This document shows, piece after piece, positions 35,901 to 43,129 of a stretch of 43,129 nt of DNA. Source of the DNA: Thermodesulfovibrionia bacterium. GTDB lineage: Bacteria > Nitrospirota > Thermodesulfovibrionia > UBA6902. The notes under the pieces are model-generated. The model saw only the letters and a list, made by a program, of their open reading frames with translations, was not told the origin of the DNA and made no database searches. Every line of letters starts with the position of its first letter. Position 1 is the stretch's first letter. The stretch covers positions 1 through 43,129 of the forward strand of contig CALZJD010000003.1 in the NCBI GenBank assembly GCA_945787795.1, in the 5' to 3' direction. The position numbers and the translations under genes were made by a program.

Positions 35901-36162
35901 GCCCATACGATATGTAGATGATAATAATGAGATCACAACTCATTATCCATTCAACCCGAACGGTTCTGAAAACGGGATAGCTTCCCTGTGTTCCCCTGAT
36001 GGAAGGCATCTGGCCATTATGCCGCATCCTGAAAGGACATTTCTGAAATGGCACTGGCCCTGGATGCCTGAAAAGTGGAAGCAGGATCTGGATACTTCCC
36101 CCTGGCTGAAAATGTTTCAGAATGCCAGGGAATGGTGTGAAACTGATAAAGACAGCAGTTAG
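32950..36162 (+). CDS. purL: Phosphoribosylformylglycinamidine synthase, main fragment (FGAM synthetase + C-terminal glutaminase)
   Basis: Motifs ETHNFPS, GAETGTGGRIRD and GVCNGCQ are present, as is the PHPER glutaminase triad context. Homology in this frame already begins at about 32779 (NWDLDYYYNLF..GRNPTNVE..SNSEHSRH). The first usable start codon is TTG at 32950. Confidence 0.85.
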   Translation: MIKKPLDAHPNNSIIAFKDNSSSIRGYSIETIVPEHPGQSSLFTISASRYDPIFTAETHNFPSGVAPFPGAETGTGGRIRDVQATGRGGLVIAGTAAYCVGNLMVPGYDLPWEDKSFEYPENLASPLEIEIQASNGASDYGNKFGEPVIQGYTRSFGMRLNSGERYEWIKPIMFTAGVGQMDSGHIEKGAPNTGMLVVKIGGPAYRIGIGGGAASSMIQGENIAELDFNAVQRGDAEMEQKMNRALRTCIELGEANPVISIHDQGAGGNCNVVKEIIYPAGAKIEVRKIQLGDNTLSVLEIWGAEYQEQNALLIEQNSIDIFENICNREKVPFAVIGRISGDGRIVLYDEKDDSTPVNLDLEKVLGDMPQKTFTLDRLHTQATPLQLPEDITIKSALERVLRLVSVGSKRFLTNKVDRSVTGLIARQQCCGPLQLTVADVAVVAQSHLGLTGAAISIGEQPLKTLLDPAAMARMSVGEAITNIVWARLSAFEDIKCSGNWMWAAKLPGEGALLYDAAVALSNMLTDLGIAIDGGKDSLSMATQVRSKNGTSETVKSPGTLVISAYATCPDITKVITPDIKLPGNSKLMYIDLGEGKNRMGGTALAQVFNQTGDESPDVNDPLQLKKAFTAIQTLIENDLILSGHDRSDGGLITTLLEMAFAGNCGMEITTGVRGNGSEVMGEDIIAELFCEELGLVIEYLPDHEAQISSLLQELNVPYQIVGKTHTDTNIKVTVNENVVLDEKMIALRNIWEETSYELEKLQADPACAEEERKNIFDRKGPDYRLRFTPEDTPDVIIKSDKKHKVAIIREEGSNSDREMTSAFYRAGFETWDVAMTDFLEDRIRLSDFRGVAFVGGFSYADVLDSAKGWAGVIRFNEKIWDEFQNFYKRPDTFSLGVCNGCQLMALLGWIPWQGIEDNIQPRFIHNRSGRFESRFSSVKILSSPSLMLKGMEDSVLGIWVAHGEGRAYFPDRDILKKINDDNLAPIRYVDDNNEITTHYPFNPNGSENGIASLCSPDGRHLAIMPHPERTFLKWHWPWMPEKWKQDLDTSPWLKMFQNAREWCETDKDSS
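34960..34989 (+). repeat. In-frame heptamer cassette (GGGTNAN units) inside purL, encoding GVRGNGSEVM
   Basis: The units are ggggtca ggggtaa tgggtca gaggtaa tg. The region is about 7 aa longer than the corresponding E. coli PurL loop. Confidence 0.55.
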
Positions 36163-36234
36163 TAGATAGTAGTTAAGGGAAAAGAATTGAACATGCAGGC
36201 CCTAACTACCAGCTACTGACTACTAACTACTTTT
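36158..36234 (+). terminator. Heptamer-array hairpin plus T tract after purL
   Basis: The left arm is gttagtagatagtagttaaggg. The right arm is ccc taactac cagctac tgactac taactac. The arms are largely complementary and are followed by TTTT. Confidence 0.6.
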
Positions 36235-36288
36235 ATGAGAAATGTTATACTAATAATCCAATGACACAATACATCCGCAGGTATGTAA

Positions 36289-37743
36289 TTGAGTACAAAT
36301 AAGAGCCTTATCCGAAAAAGCAGAATAAATCCTATCACATACGCTTCACTATCATCTGACAAGTTTCATGATGAATGCGGCGTATGCGGTGTGTATGGTC
36401 ACCCCGAAGCTTCCAACCTGACCTACCTTGGACTCCACGCCCTTCAGCACAGGGGACAGGAAGGTGCCGGCATATGTTCTTCTGACCGCAGACAGCTCTA
36501 TATAGAGAAATCAATGGGGCTTGTAACAGACATATTCTCTGAAAAGAGACTTAAACGCATTCCCGGAGACATGGCAATAGGGCACAACCGCTACTCAACA
36601 GCCGGCGCAAGCTCACTCAAGAATGTCCAGCCCATCATGGTTAACTATTCTCTTGGAGCACTTGCAATTGCACATAACGGAAACCTTGTCAATGCAGTTG
36701 AGTTAAGGACGGAACTGGAATCACAGGGGGCCATTTTCCAGTCAACATCAGACAGTGAAGTTGTGGTCCATATGATAGCCAGCTCCAGGGCCGGCAATCT
36801 CTACGAACGCCTGATCGATACCATGAGGAAGATTTCAGGGGCATTCAGTATTTTACTGATGACAGAAAATGAAATGATAGCAATGAGAGACCCCTATGGT
36901 TTCCGGCCATTAAGTATCGGTATTCATGACGGTGCATATGTAGTGGCTTCAGAGACATGTGCCTTTGACCTTATCGGTGCGACATATCAAAGGGATGTAG
37001 AGCCCGGGGAAATGGTCATCATAAACAGGGACGGTCTTAAATCCATCAAACCCTGCACGTCCTCAAGGCAGGCCAGATGCATTTTTGAGTTCATATATTT
37101 TGCACGACCGGACAGTAACATTTATGGCAACCTGAATGTGGATGCCATGAGAAAAGAGTTTGGCCGTCAGCTCGCCCGGGAGTTTCCGGTTGATGCTGAT
37201 ATTGTCATTCCTGTTCCTGACTCAGGGGTCCCAGCGGCGATTGGGTATGCAAAGGAAAGTAATATCGACTTTGATTTCGGTCTCATCAGAAACCATTACG
37301 TAGGCCGGACATTTATTGAACCAAGGCAGAATATCAGACACTTTGGCGTGAAAATAAAATTAAACCCGGTGCGTCAGCTTCTGCAGGGCAAAAGAGTACT
37401 TGTTGTGGATGACTCTATTGTAAGAGGAACAACAAGCAAGAAAATCGTGAAAATGATACGGGAAGGCGGCGCAAAAGAGGTCCATCTGCGTATAAGTTCA
37501 CCTCCTACCATCGGGCCCTGCTTTTACGGCATTGATACCCCTACAAGAAAAGAGCTCATTGCTTCAACACACAGCATTGAAGAGATAAAAAAATATATCA
37601 CCGCAGATACACTTCAGTATATGACCATCGAAGGACTATTAAAGGTGGTGCCCAATCCTGAACATTATTGCTCCGCATGCTTTGATGACAATTATCCCGT
37701 ATTTACCCGCCATGACAAAGTAGAGCAGATAGAGCTGTTTTAG
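36289..37743 (+). CDS. purF: Amidophosphoribosyltransferase
   Basis: The N-terminal nucleophile context is ECGVCGVYG. The PRPP loop is VLVVDDSIVRGTTS. C-terminal Cys residues fit the Fe-S type. The start is uncertain (TTG at 36289, no in-frame ATG before the catalytic Cys). Confidence 0.9.
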   Translation: MSTNKSLIRKSRINPITYASLSSDKFHDECGVCGVYGHPEASNLTYLGLHALQHRGQEGAGICSSDRRQLYIEKSMGLVTDIFSEKRLKRIPGDMAIGHNRYSTAGASSLKNVQPIMVNYSLGALAIAHNGNLVNAVELRTELESQGAIFQSTSDSEVVVHMIASSRAGNLYERLIDTMRKISGAFSILLMTENEMIAMRDPYGFRPLSIGIHDGAYVVASETCAFDLIGATYQRDVEPGEMVIINRDGLKSIKPCTSSRQARCIFEFIYFARPDSNIYGNLNVDAMRKEFGRQLAREFPVDADIVIPVPDSGVPAAIGYAKESNIDFDFGLIRNHYVGRTFIEPRQNIRHFGVKIKLNPVRQLLQGKRVLVVDDSIVRGTTSKKIVKMIREGGAKEVHLRISSPPTIGPCFYGIDTPTRKELIASTHSIEEIKKYITADTLQYMTIEGLLKVVPNPEHYCSACFDDNYPVFTRHDKVEQIELF

Positions 37744-37748
37744 ATACT

Positions 37749-38153
37749 CTAAAAATTCGTATTATTGTTACAGTCTATGTCATAGGTTTCCCCGTCAACC
37801 CTTGAGCCTAAAATTCCTGTTGCTCTCGCATGAAAACAGGGTGTCTGGGCAGTGCCGTCAATGTCCTCATCCTGGAATATTTCATAATCGAACTGCAGGT
37901 CCGCCCCTGGCCTGAAACCGGGGAGAAGAGCCTGAATGGCAAGCACATCATTTGCTGGTGCAGTATAGACAGAATTGTCTGAAAAGAACGTCTCTTCCAG
38001 TAATCTCAGGGATGAAAGGTTCTGATATGCTTCTGTTCTGGTGGCACTTGTCTGCTGTCCAACATAGGCAGGTATTGCGATCATTGCCAGTATGCCGATG
38101 ATGGCTATTACCGTAAGCAATTCAACTAATGTAAATCCTTTATTGTTTTTCAT
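37749..38153 (-). CDS. Type IV pilin-like protein (prepilin-type N-terminal methylation domain)
   Basis: MKNNKG/FTLVELLTVIAIIGILA shows the prepilin signal. A C-terminal Cys pair and an AAGGTGG RBS are present. Confidence 0.85.
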   Translation of the reverse strand: MKNNKGFTLVELLTVIAIIGILAMIAIPAYVGQQTSATRTEAYQNLSSLRLLEETFFSDNSVYTAPANDVLAIQALLPGFRPGADLQFDYEIFQDEDIDGTAQTPCFHARATGILGSRVDGETYDIDCNNNTNF

Positions 38154-38200
38154 TCATCATCCACCTTTTTATAAAAAATTTATAGTATTTCCTGCTTCTC

Positions 38201-38746
38201 TTAATCTGCGGTAACTCCCTTTGAATAAAATAATTCGCCGGCAAGGTTGGCAGCAGACAAATGTACATATCTTACTGTCTGGTTTTCATTAGGCGTATAG
38301 CATAGCGTCACCTGACCGGGATTGCCTGATGCTATGACATCGCAGTCAGCAAGAGTGGCCGCAAAACCACCATTTACAAACATCGGGAGGGCCGAGTTCC
38401 ATGGAGAAAAATCTCCTTTTGCAATTGATGTCGTTATAAACTGGGTTACAATGCCCGTTCCAGCAATCGTATTATTATCATCATCAGCTCCATTAACAAG
38501 TCCATCTCCTGTGGTATCATTTTCTCTGAGAACGCCTAAATTGGTTCCACCCTTTTTCGTTGAATTAATCCAACCCTGTAACTCTGGTATATTTCCATTA
38601 CATGCCCTCTGTACAGCACCCCTTCTCCCTCTTTCCTGCATTCCGATATATGAAGGAATGGCTATGGCAGCAAGAATGCCGATAATCGCTACGACGATCA
38701 GGAGTTCTATAAGGGTAAATCCGTTTTTTCTTTTAGGTATGGTCAT
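38201..38746 (-). CDS. Type IV pilin-like protein, paralogue 2
   Basis: MTIPKRKNG/FTLIELLIVVAIIGILAAIAIP shows the prepilin signal. I moved the start to 38746 because the track's 38770 ATG lies inside a terminator hairpin. Confidence 0.8.
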   Translation of the reverse strand: MTIPKRKNGFTLIELLIVVAIIGILAAIAIPSYIGMQERGRRGAVQRACNGNIPELQGWINSTKKGGTNLGVLRENDTTGDGLVNGADDDNNTIAGTGIVTQFITTSIAKGDFSPWNSALPMFVNGGFAATLADCDVIASGNPGQVTLCYTPNENQTVRYVHLSAANLAGELFYSKGVTAD

Positions 38747-38753
38747 GGTATAT

Positions 38754-38780
38754 AAAAAAAAGGGGAGCATACGCTCCCCT
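38754..38780 (-). terminator. Rho-independent terminator between pilin paralogues 1 and 2
   Basis: The minus strand reads AGGGGAGC-GTAT-GCTCCCCT followed by TTTTTTTT. Confidence 0.75.
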
Positions 38781-38794
38781 TTACTCTTTTAAGG

Positions 38795-39361
38795 TTAATC
38801 AGCGCTTACTGATTTTGTGTAGTAAGATACTCCATCATTATCCACTGCTACCAGGAAAGCAGTCCGTATATTGGCATTTTCACCCGGGGTATAACAGACG
38901 GTTACCTGCCCGACGTTAGCAAGTGCTGCTGCTTCGCAGGCAGCAGTGTTAGCTACTACGCCGCCGCTCACCCATAAAGGATTAAGCGAATCCCATGGGG
39001 AAACCTGGTTCGTACCTAATGGTCCAGTGGCAATTAACCACTGAGTTACAATACCAGCTGTAGCAAGGTCGTCATTAATAAGGTCAGTTCCAACAATAAC
39101 AGCACCATCACCATCAGTATCGACTTCAGTTAATAAGGCCTGCTGGGTACCCGCTTTTTTAGCTGCGTTCATCCAGGCCTGAATTTCAACGGCCTGTGAT
39201 TCTGCACCCCTGATCATACCGCCTCTTCTTCCTCTCTCCTGCATTCCGATATAACCGGGAATGGCTATGGCTGCGAGGATACCGATAATTGCAACAACTA
39301 TCAGCAATTCGATAAGGGTAAAACCTTTTTGCTCCTTTAAATTATTAACTGCCTTGTACAT
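38795..39361 (-). CDS. Type IV pilin-like protein, paralogue 1 (probable major subunit)
   Basis: MYKAVNNLKEQKG/FTLIELLIVVAIIGILAAIAIP shows the prepilin signal. A strong AGGAGG RBS is present and its own terminator lies downstream. Confidence 0.85.
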   Translation of the reverse strand: MYKAVNNLKEQKGFTLIELLIVVAIIGILAAIAIPGYIGMQERGRRGGMIRGAESQAVEIQAWMNAAKKAGTQQALLTEVDTDGDGAVIVGTDLINDDLATAGIVTQWLIATGPLGTNQVSPWDSLNPLWVSGGVVANTAACEAAALANVGQVTVCYTPGENANIRTAFLVAVDNDGVSYYTKSVSAD

Positions 39362-39501
39362 TACGTCCTCCTTTAAAGTGTATTTGGTCTTATGACCTGT
39401 TTAAAATTTGCTGGCAGGTAGTTCATTTACCTGCCTGTATAAATTCGTTCACCTCCCTTTTTCCTGATAATAACTTTGTCATCGTTATTTACACTTTATG
39501 T

Positions 39502-39519
39502 AAGCAGTTTTTATGCCAG
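39502..39519 (-). promoter_or_regulatory. Candidate sigma-54 (-24/-12) promoter for the pilin gene
   Basis: The minus strand reads CTGGCATAAAAACTGCTT, which is TGGCAT-N6-CTGC with canonical GG/GC spacing. It lies about 140 nt upstream of the pilin ATG. Confidence 0.4.
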
Positions 39520-39677
39520 TAATTTTATCTGACTATTTATTAATTAAATCAGTGCGTTATGTGGTTGGATCTGTTCAATCAACATACATTGACAGGGAAT
39601 AATATGTCCTGACTGCCATTTTTTGTCAGTTGTTTGACGGAAACTTAAATAAAACCTATGTATATAGCCCGATAGGT

Positions 39678-39754
39678 TGTCATGCCGGACTTGATACGGT
39701 ATCCCGTACATGCTGAAAAGATGAGATTCCGGCTTAAAGACTGCCGGAATGACA
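39678..39754. repeat. TGTCAT(G/T)CC nested-palindrome repeat in the pilin / ABC-binding-protein divergent spacer
   Basis: The ends are tgtcatgccggac... ...gattccggc..gccggaatgaca. Confidence 0.75.
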
Positions 39755-39927
39755 GATGAACAATCCGAGGTTGTACAAGGACACTTACTATCTGTCTCCC
39801 CATTCAAAGTCTTTATGGCATTCAAAACTTTTTGAGAGTTTCACAGAAATTCGCATAAGTTTTTAATTAAGCAAGCTAATGAACTTGACCTTATTAGGCA
39901 TACTCCTTTATAAAATAGACTTACAAA

Positions 39928-42060
39928 ATGCTGATAAAAAGAGTCCTCATACTGCTTCCCATACTTATTTTCTTCATTCTGCTTCAGTCCTTTTTCTGGG
40001 TGCCTACCTATGATGAACAGGCAAAGGGAAACCCCTACAGGCTGGAGGAATATATTACCGCCTCAATAGGGGATGCCAAGATACTGAACCCCATCCTGAA
40101 TGCTGACACTGCCAGCAGCTCAATCGCGGACCAGGTGTTTGACGGACTGATCGACAGGGATGAAGATCTAAGGTTTCGCGGTCGGCTTTCTGAAAGCTGG
40201 GAGATATTTGAAGAGGCATATTTTTATCTCAACCCGAAAGCAGAGATCAATGGCAGGCAAGTCACTGATCCTGAATTTATCAAGAAAAAGCTTCTTATAT
40301 ATAATGGTAATGCATCCTTACTGAAAGAAACATTAAAGAATATTCAGGACATCGAAATCATTCCTCCGACATCAGGAGAAACCACGATCCAGATACCCGG
40401 ACCTGATACAAACGGGGACGGTTTCCCTGATCCTATTGATATTAAGGTGCAGTTCAATGCCCCCCACCGGTTTAAGATCACGTTGAAAAAGGTAGACCAG
40501 GGATTTTTTGAAAACGTAACTTCTCTCCTTGGCAAAGAGTATTTTAATTCCTTTCCTGCTGCTGATTATATTGCAATAGAATCCAGCGAGCATCGGGACA
40601 AATTATCAATTGTAGCTCCCCAGGTGCTAGCGGCGGTTGAACATAACCCGGTTATTATCTTCAATCTGAGAAAGGGCGTGAAGTTTCATGACGGACATGA
40701 GTTTGATGCCCGCGATGTAGCATTTACCTATCAATCGATCATGGACAGTAAAAACCTGTCTCCGCGTATCCCTGATTATGAGCCGGTAAAGAGCCTTGAG
40801 GTATTGGACACATACAGGGTAAGAGTTGTCTACAAAAGGTTATATCAGCCTGCGTTTGGTACCTGGGGAATGGGCATGCTTCCTGAGCATCTCTTAAATA
40901 AGGATGCATTAAAAAAAGAGGCTGATGCAAAAGAAGAAGACCTGGAAAAATTTACCATGAGGGACAGTGATTTTAACCGCAGTCCTGTTGGTACTGGGCC
41001 TTTTGTATTCAGGGAGTGGAAATCAGACCAGTATATTGTCCTTGACAGGCACGAACAATACTGGGAGGGTGCTCCAAACTATAAGAGTTATACATTTCGT
41101 ATCGTACCTGATCTGCTGACGCAGGAGATGGAGTTTTATGGCGGCGCCATCGACAGTTATGGAGTGCAGCCCCATCAGGTTGAGCGTCTGAAGAAAGATC
41201 CTGCCTATCAGAATTTTTCAGGGCTTTCCTTTGGCTATACCTATATCGGATATAACATGAGGCGCGAGCTGTTTAAAGATAAAAGGATACGCAGGGCCCT
41301 TGGTATGGCCATTGATGTAGATAAGATCATTACATATGTGATGTATGATCAGGCAGAAAAAATCACCGGCCCGTTTGTAAAGCAGACAGACTATTACGAT
41401 AATAGCATTCAACCACTGCCATATGATCCTGAAGCTGCGGTCAAACTTTTAAATGAGGCCGGCTGGCAGAAAAATAATGAGGGAAAGCTTGAGAAAGACG
41501 GCAAAGTCCTTGCCTTTACCCTTATTACAAACAGCGGCAATGACCTGAGAAAAAGCATCCTGGCAATAGCACAGGACTCGTGGAAAAAAATCGGGATTGA
41601 CGTAAACACTGATATAGTGGAGTGGACTGTTTTTCTGGGAAAGCATGTCAACACAGGAGACTTCGATGCACTTATTCTGGGCTGGTCCATGGGTATTGAT
41701 CCTGATCTGTATCAGATATGGCACTCAAGCCAGACCAACAAGATGCAGCTTAACTTTGTCGGGTTTAAAAATGATACAGCTGACGACCTTATTGTAAAAA
41801 TACGACAGGAGTATGATTACGACAGGCAGGTTGCATACAGCCATCAGTTACATCAGATCATAGCAGATGAACAGCCGTATACATTTTTATATGTAGGCAA
41901 ATGGACTGCTGTGCTGGATAAAAAGATTGCCTTAAAAGAGGTGCTTTCTTCCGGAAAAGAGATGATAAAGAAGATAACACCCACCAAGACCGGCAACTAC
42001 AGTTTTCATTTTAATAAATGGATCAAACTGGCACAAAACCCGGTCTTTGATACGGAGTAA
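39928..42060 (+). CDS. ABC transporter substrate-binding protein, family 5 (peptide/nickel, OppA/DppA-like) with a large internal insertion
   Basis: An N-terminal TM/signal segment and the family-5 motifs ...LSESWEI... and FNLRKGVKFHDG are present. At 710 aa it is about 150-180 aa longer than typical members. Confidence 0.8.
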   Translation: MLIKRVLILLPILIFFILLQSFFWVPTYDEQAKGNPYRLEEYITASIGDAKILNPILNADTASSSIADQVFDGLIDRDEDLRFRGRLSESWEIFEEAYFYLNPKAEINGRQVTDPEFIKKKLLIYNGNASLLKETLKNIQDIEIIPPTSGETTIQIPGPDTNGDGFPDPIDIKVQFNAPHRFKITLKKVDQGFFENVTSLLGKEYFNSFPAADYIAIESSEHRDKLSIVAPQVLAAVEHNPVIIFNLRKGVKFHDGHEFDARDVAFTYQSIMDSKNLSPRIPDYEPVKSLEVLDTYRVRVVYKRLYQPAFGTWGMGMLPEHLLNKDALKKEADAKEEDLEKFTMRDSDFNRSPVGTGPFVFREWKSDQYIVLDRHEQYWEGAPNYKSYTFRIVPDLLTQEMEFYGGAIDSYGVQPHQVERLKKDPAYQNFSGLSFGYTYIGYNMRRELFKDKRIRRALGMAIDVDKIITYVMYDQAEKITGPFVKQTDYYDNSIQPLPYDPEAAVKLLNEAGWQKNNEGKLEKDGKVLAFTLITNSGNDLRKSILAIAQDSWKKIGIDVNTDIVEWTVFLGKHVNTGDFDALILGWSMGIDPDLYQIWHSSQTNKMQLNFVGFKNDTADDLIVKIRQEYDYDRQVAYSHQLHQIIADEQPYTFLYVGKWTAVLDKKIALKEVLSSGKEMIKKITPTKTGNYSFHFNKWIKLAQNPVFDTE

Positions 42061-42075
42061 ATAATGGATGATTGT

Positions 42076-42109
42076 TGTCATTCCCGCGGTCTTTTAGGCG
42101 GGAATCCAG
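42076..42109. repeat. Single TGTCATTCCCGC hairpin unit
   Basis: The sequence is tgtcattcccgcggtcttttaggcgggaatccag. Confidence 0.75.
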
Positions 42110-42176
42110 AGATACGATAAAGAGTTTAATCCTATCGAAGTCCGACTTCGATAGATTTAGAGTTTTTGAAGTTTTT

Positions 42177-42237
42177 TGTCATTCCGGCTTGTCCGGAATC
42201 AGTCTTTAAAAAAGATTCCGGACAAGCCGGAATGACA
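42177..42237. repeat. Perfect inverted pair of TGTCATTCCGGCTTGTCCGGAATC units
   Basis: The sequence is tgtcattccggcttgtccggaatc-13 nt-gattccggacaagccggaatgaca. Confidence 0.85.
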
Positions 42238-42275
42238 GATTTTTAGTAGCACATTATTTATAACGGAGCAATTAA

Positions 42276-43129
42276 ATGTTTTCCTTTACCATAAGAAGCT
42301 TTTTTCAGAAACTGGTTACGTTACTCTTCATCTCGATCATATCTTTTCTCGTTGTCTATCTCGCCCCGGGAGAACCAAGCCAGATCGATCCGCTGAACCC
42401 GAAGTTCACTCCAGATGACCTTGTTAAATTCAGACAGGAATTTAATCTCGACAAACCTTTGCAGGTCCAGTATTATCTTTTTTACAAAAACCTGTTCACA
42501 GGGGAGCTGAAATCATGGAAAGACAACCAGCCGGTACTTGGCAAGATCCATGAACGGTTTCTGAACAGCCTGTGGCTTTTTATTGTAGGCACGATCATAA
42601 CCTGGTGCCTGTCCTTTCCTGTGGGCATTGGCGCTGCCATAAAGCGCGGATCAGCCTTTGACAGGACAACAACATTCTTTGCCTATGTGCTCATCTCCAT
42701 TCCGAGTTTCTTCTTCGCCTACATTATAATTATTTTCGTTGTACAGACATTTAATGTCCCTGTCATAGGTATGCATACGTTTGGCATGGCCCAGGCAGGC
42801 GAATTTTACAGAATAATGGACAGGATATGGCATCTTGTCATTCCCTCCATATTAGGCGCGCTGGGAGGTATCGCATTACTGTCACGGTATGTCAGGGCCC
42901 AGATGCTTGAAGTAATCCATCAGGACTATATAAGAACGGCCCGGGCAAAAGGGCTCTCAAATGACAGGGTCTATTACAGGCACGGCCTCAGAAATGCCCT
43001 GCTTCCATTCGTGACCATGTTCGGACTGATACTCCCGGGACTGATCGGCGGCTCGGTAATCATCGAATCCATCTTTGCCTGGCCCGGAATGGGAAGAATG
43101 GGATATGAAGCGATCATAGCCCGTGATTA
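42276..43129 (+). CDS. ABC transporter permease (DppB/OppB-like), 3' end outside window
   Basis: My own translation runs MFSFTIRSFFQKLVTLLFISIISFLVVYLAPGEP... ...YIRTARAKGLSNDRVYYRHGLRNALLP... with no stop before the window edge. It is absent from the ORF track because it lacks a stop. Confidence 0.85.
   Translation, partial: MFSFTIRSFFQKLVTLLFISIISFLVVYLAPGEPSQIDPLNPKFTPDDLVKFRQEFNLDKPLQVQYYLFYKNLFTGELKSWKDNQPVLGKIHERFLNSLWLFIVGTIITWCLSFPVGIGAAIKRGSAFDRTTTFFAYVLISIPSFFFAYIIIIFVVQTFNVPVIGMHTFGMAQAGEFYRIMDRIWHLVIPSILGALGGIALLSRYVRAQMLEVIHQDYIRTARAKGLSNDRVYYRHGLRNALLPFVTMFGLILPGLIGGSVIIESIFAWPGMGRMGYEAIIARD

Noticed and set aside
38747-38770. ORF-track start of pilin paralogue 2 at 38770
   Set aside because: That ATG lies inside the stem of the rho-independent terminator of the upstream pilin. 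The ATG at 38746 gives a typical short basic prepilin leader (MTIPKRKNG/F).
39544-39825. 93-aa ORF on the minus strand upstream of the ABC binding protein
   Set aside because: It runs through a TGTCATGCC repeat copy, has no RBS and has no recognisable motifs. It is most likely non-coding spacer.

Overview
Moderately AT-rich bacterial chromosomal segment. I found no rRNA, tRNA or CRISPR array, and I cannot assign a phylum from sequence alone. Gene content from left to right is as follows. (1) A corrinoid uptake and nucleotide-loop assembly cluster: FecCD-type permease, ABC ATPase, TonB-dependent receptor, TonB, cobU, cobT, cobS, cobC, cbiX, cbiE and an HD hydrolase. (2) A Pif1/RecD-like helicase with a WYL-like tail, translationally coupled to a DUF4416 gene. 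(3) A secreted agmatine-deiminase-family protein and a CBM48 protein. (4) A complete group II intron with an RT/maturase ORF in an intergenic leader. (5) SHOCT and NosL-like genes, then fur-feoA-feoA-feoB plus a small Cys-rich ORF missing from the ORF track, with two near-consensus Fur boxes. (6) A c-type cytochrome, an HDOD protein, a GGDEF cyclase and a TPR protein. (7) A QueG-like Fe-S protein and tlpA; yacL-ispD-ispF; a split htrA; bioA. (8) A split large-type purL and purF. (9) Three tandem type IV pilin paralogues. (10) An oligopeptide-type ABC binding protein and a permease that runs off the window. No obvious defence island is present. The most unusual signal is at small scale. Several families of short elements, each about 30 nt and built on a 7-nt period or a palindrome, sit in frame inside unrelated housekeeping enzymes (cobU, cobT, cobC, cbiE, purL). 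Inverted arrays of related heptamers form long hairpins at the cobT and purL gene ends. A TGTCATTCC nested-palindrome repeat family occupies at least six intergenic sites. Separately, three conserved genes (cobT, purL, htrA) appear to lack short conserved segments, and two of them are also frameshifted. All homology calls rest on motif recognition by eye; no database search was possible.
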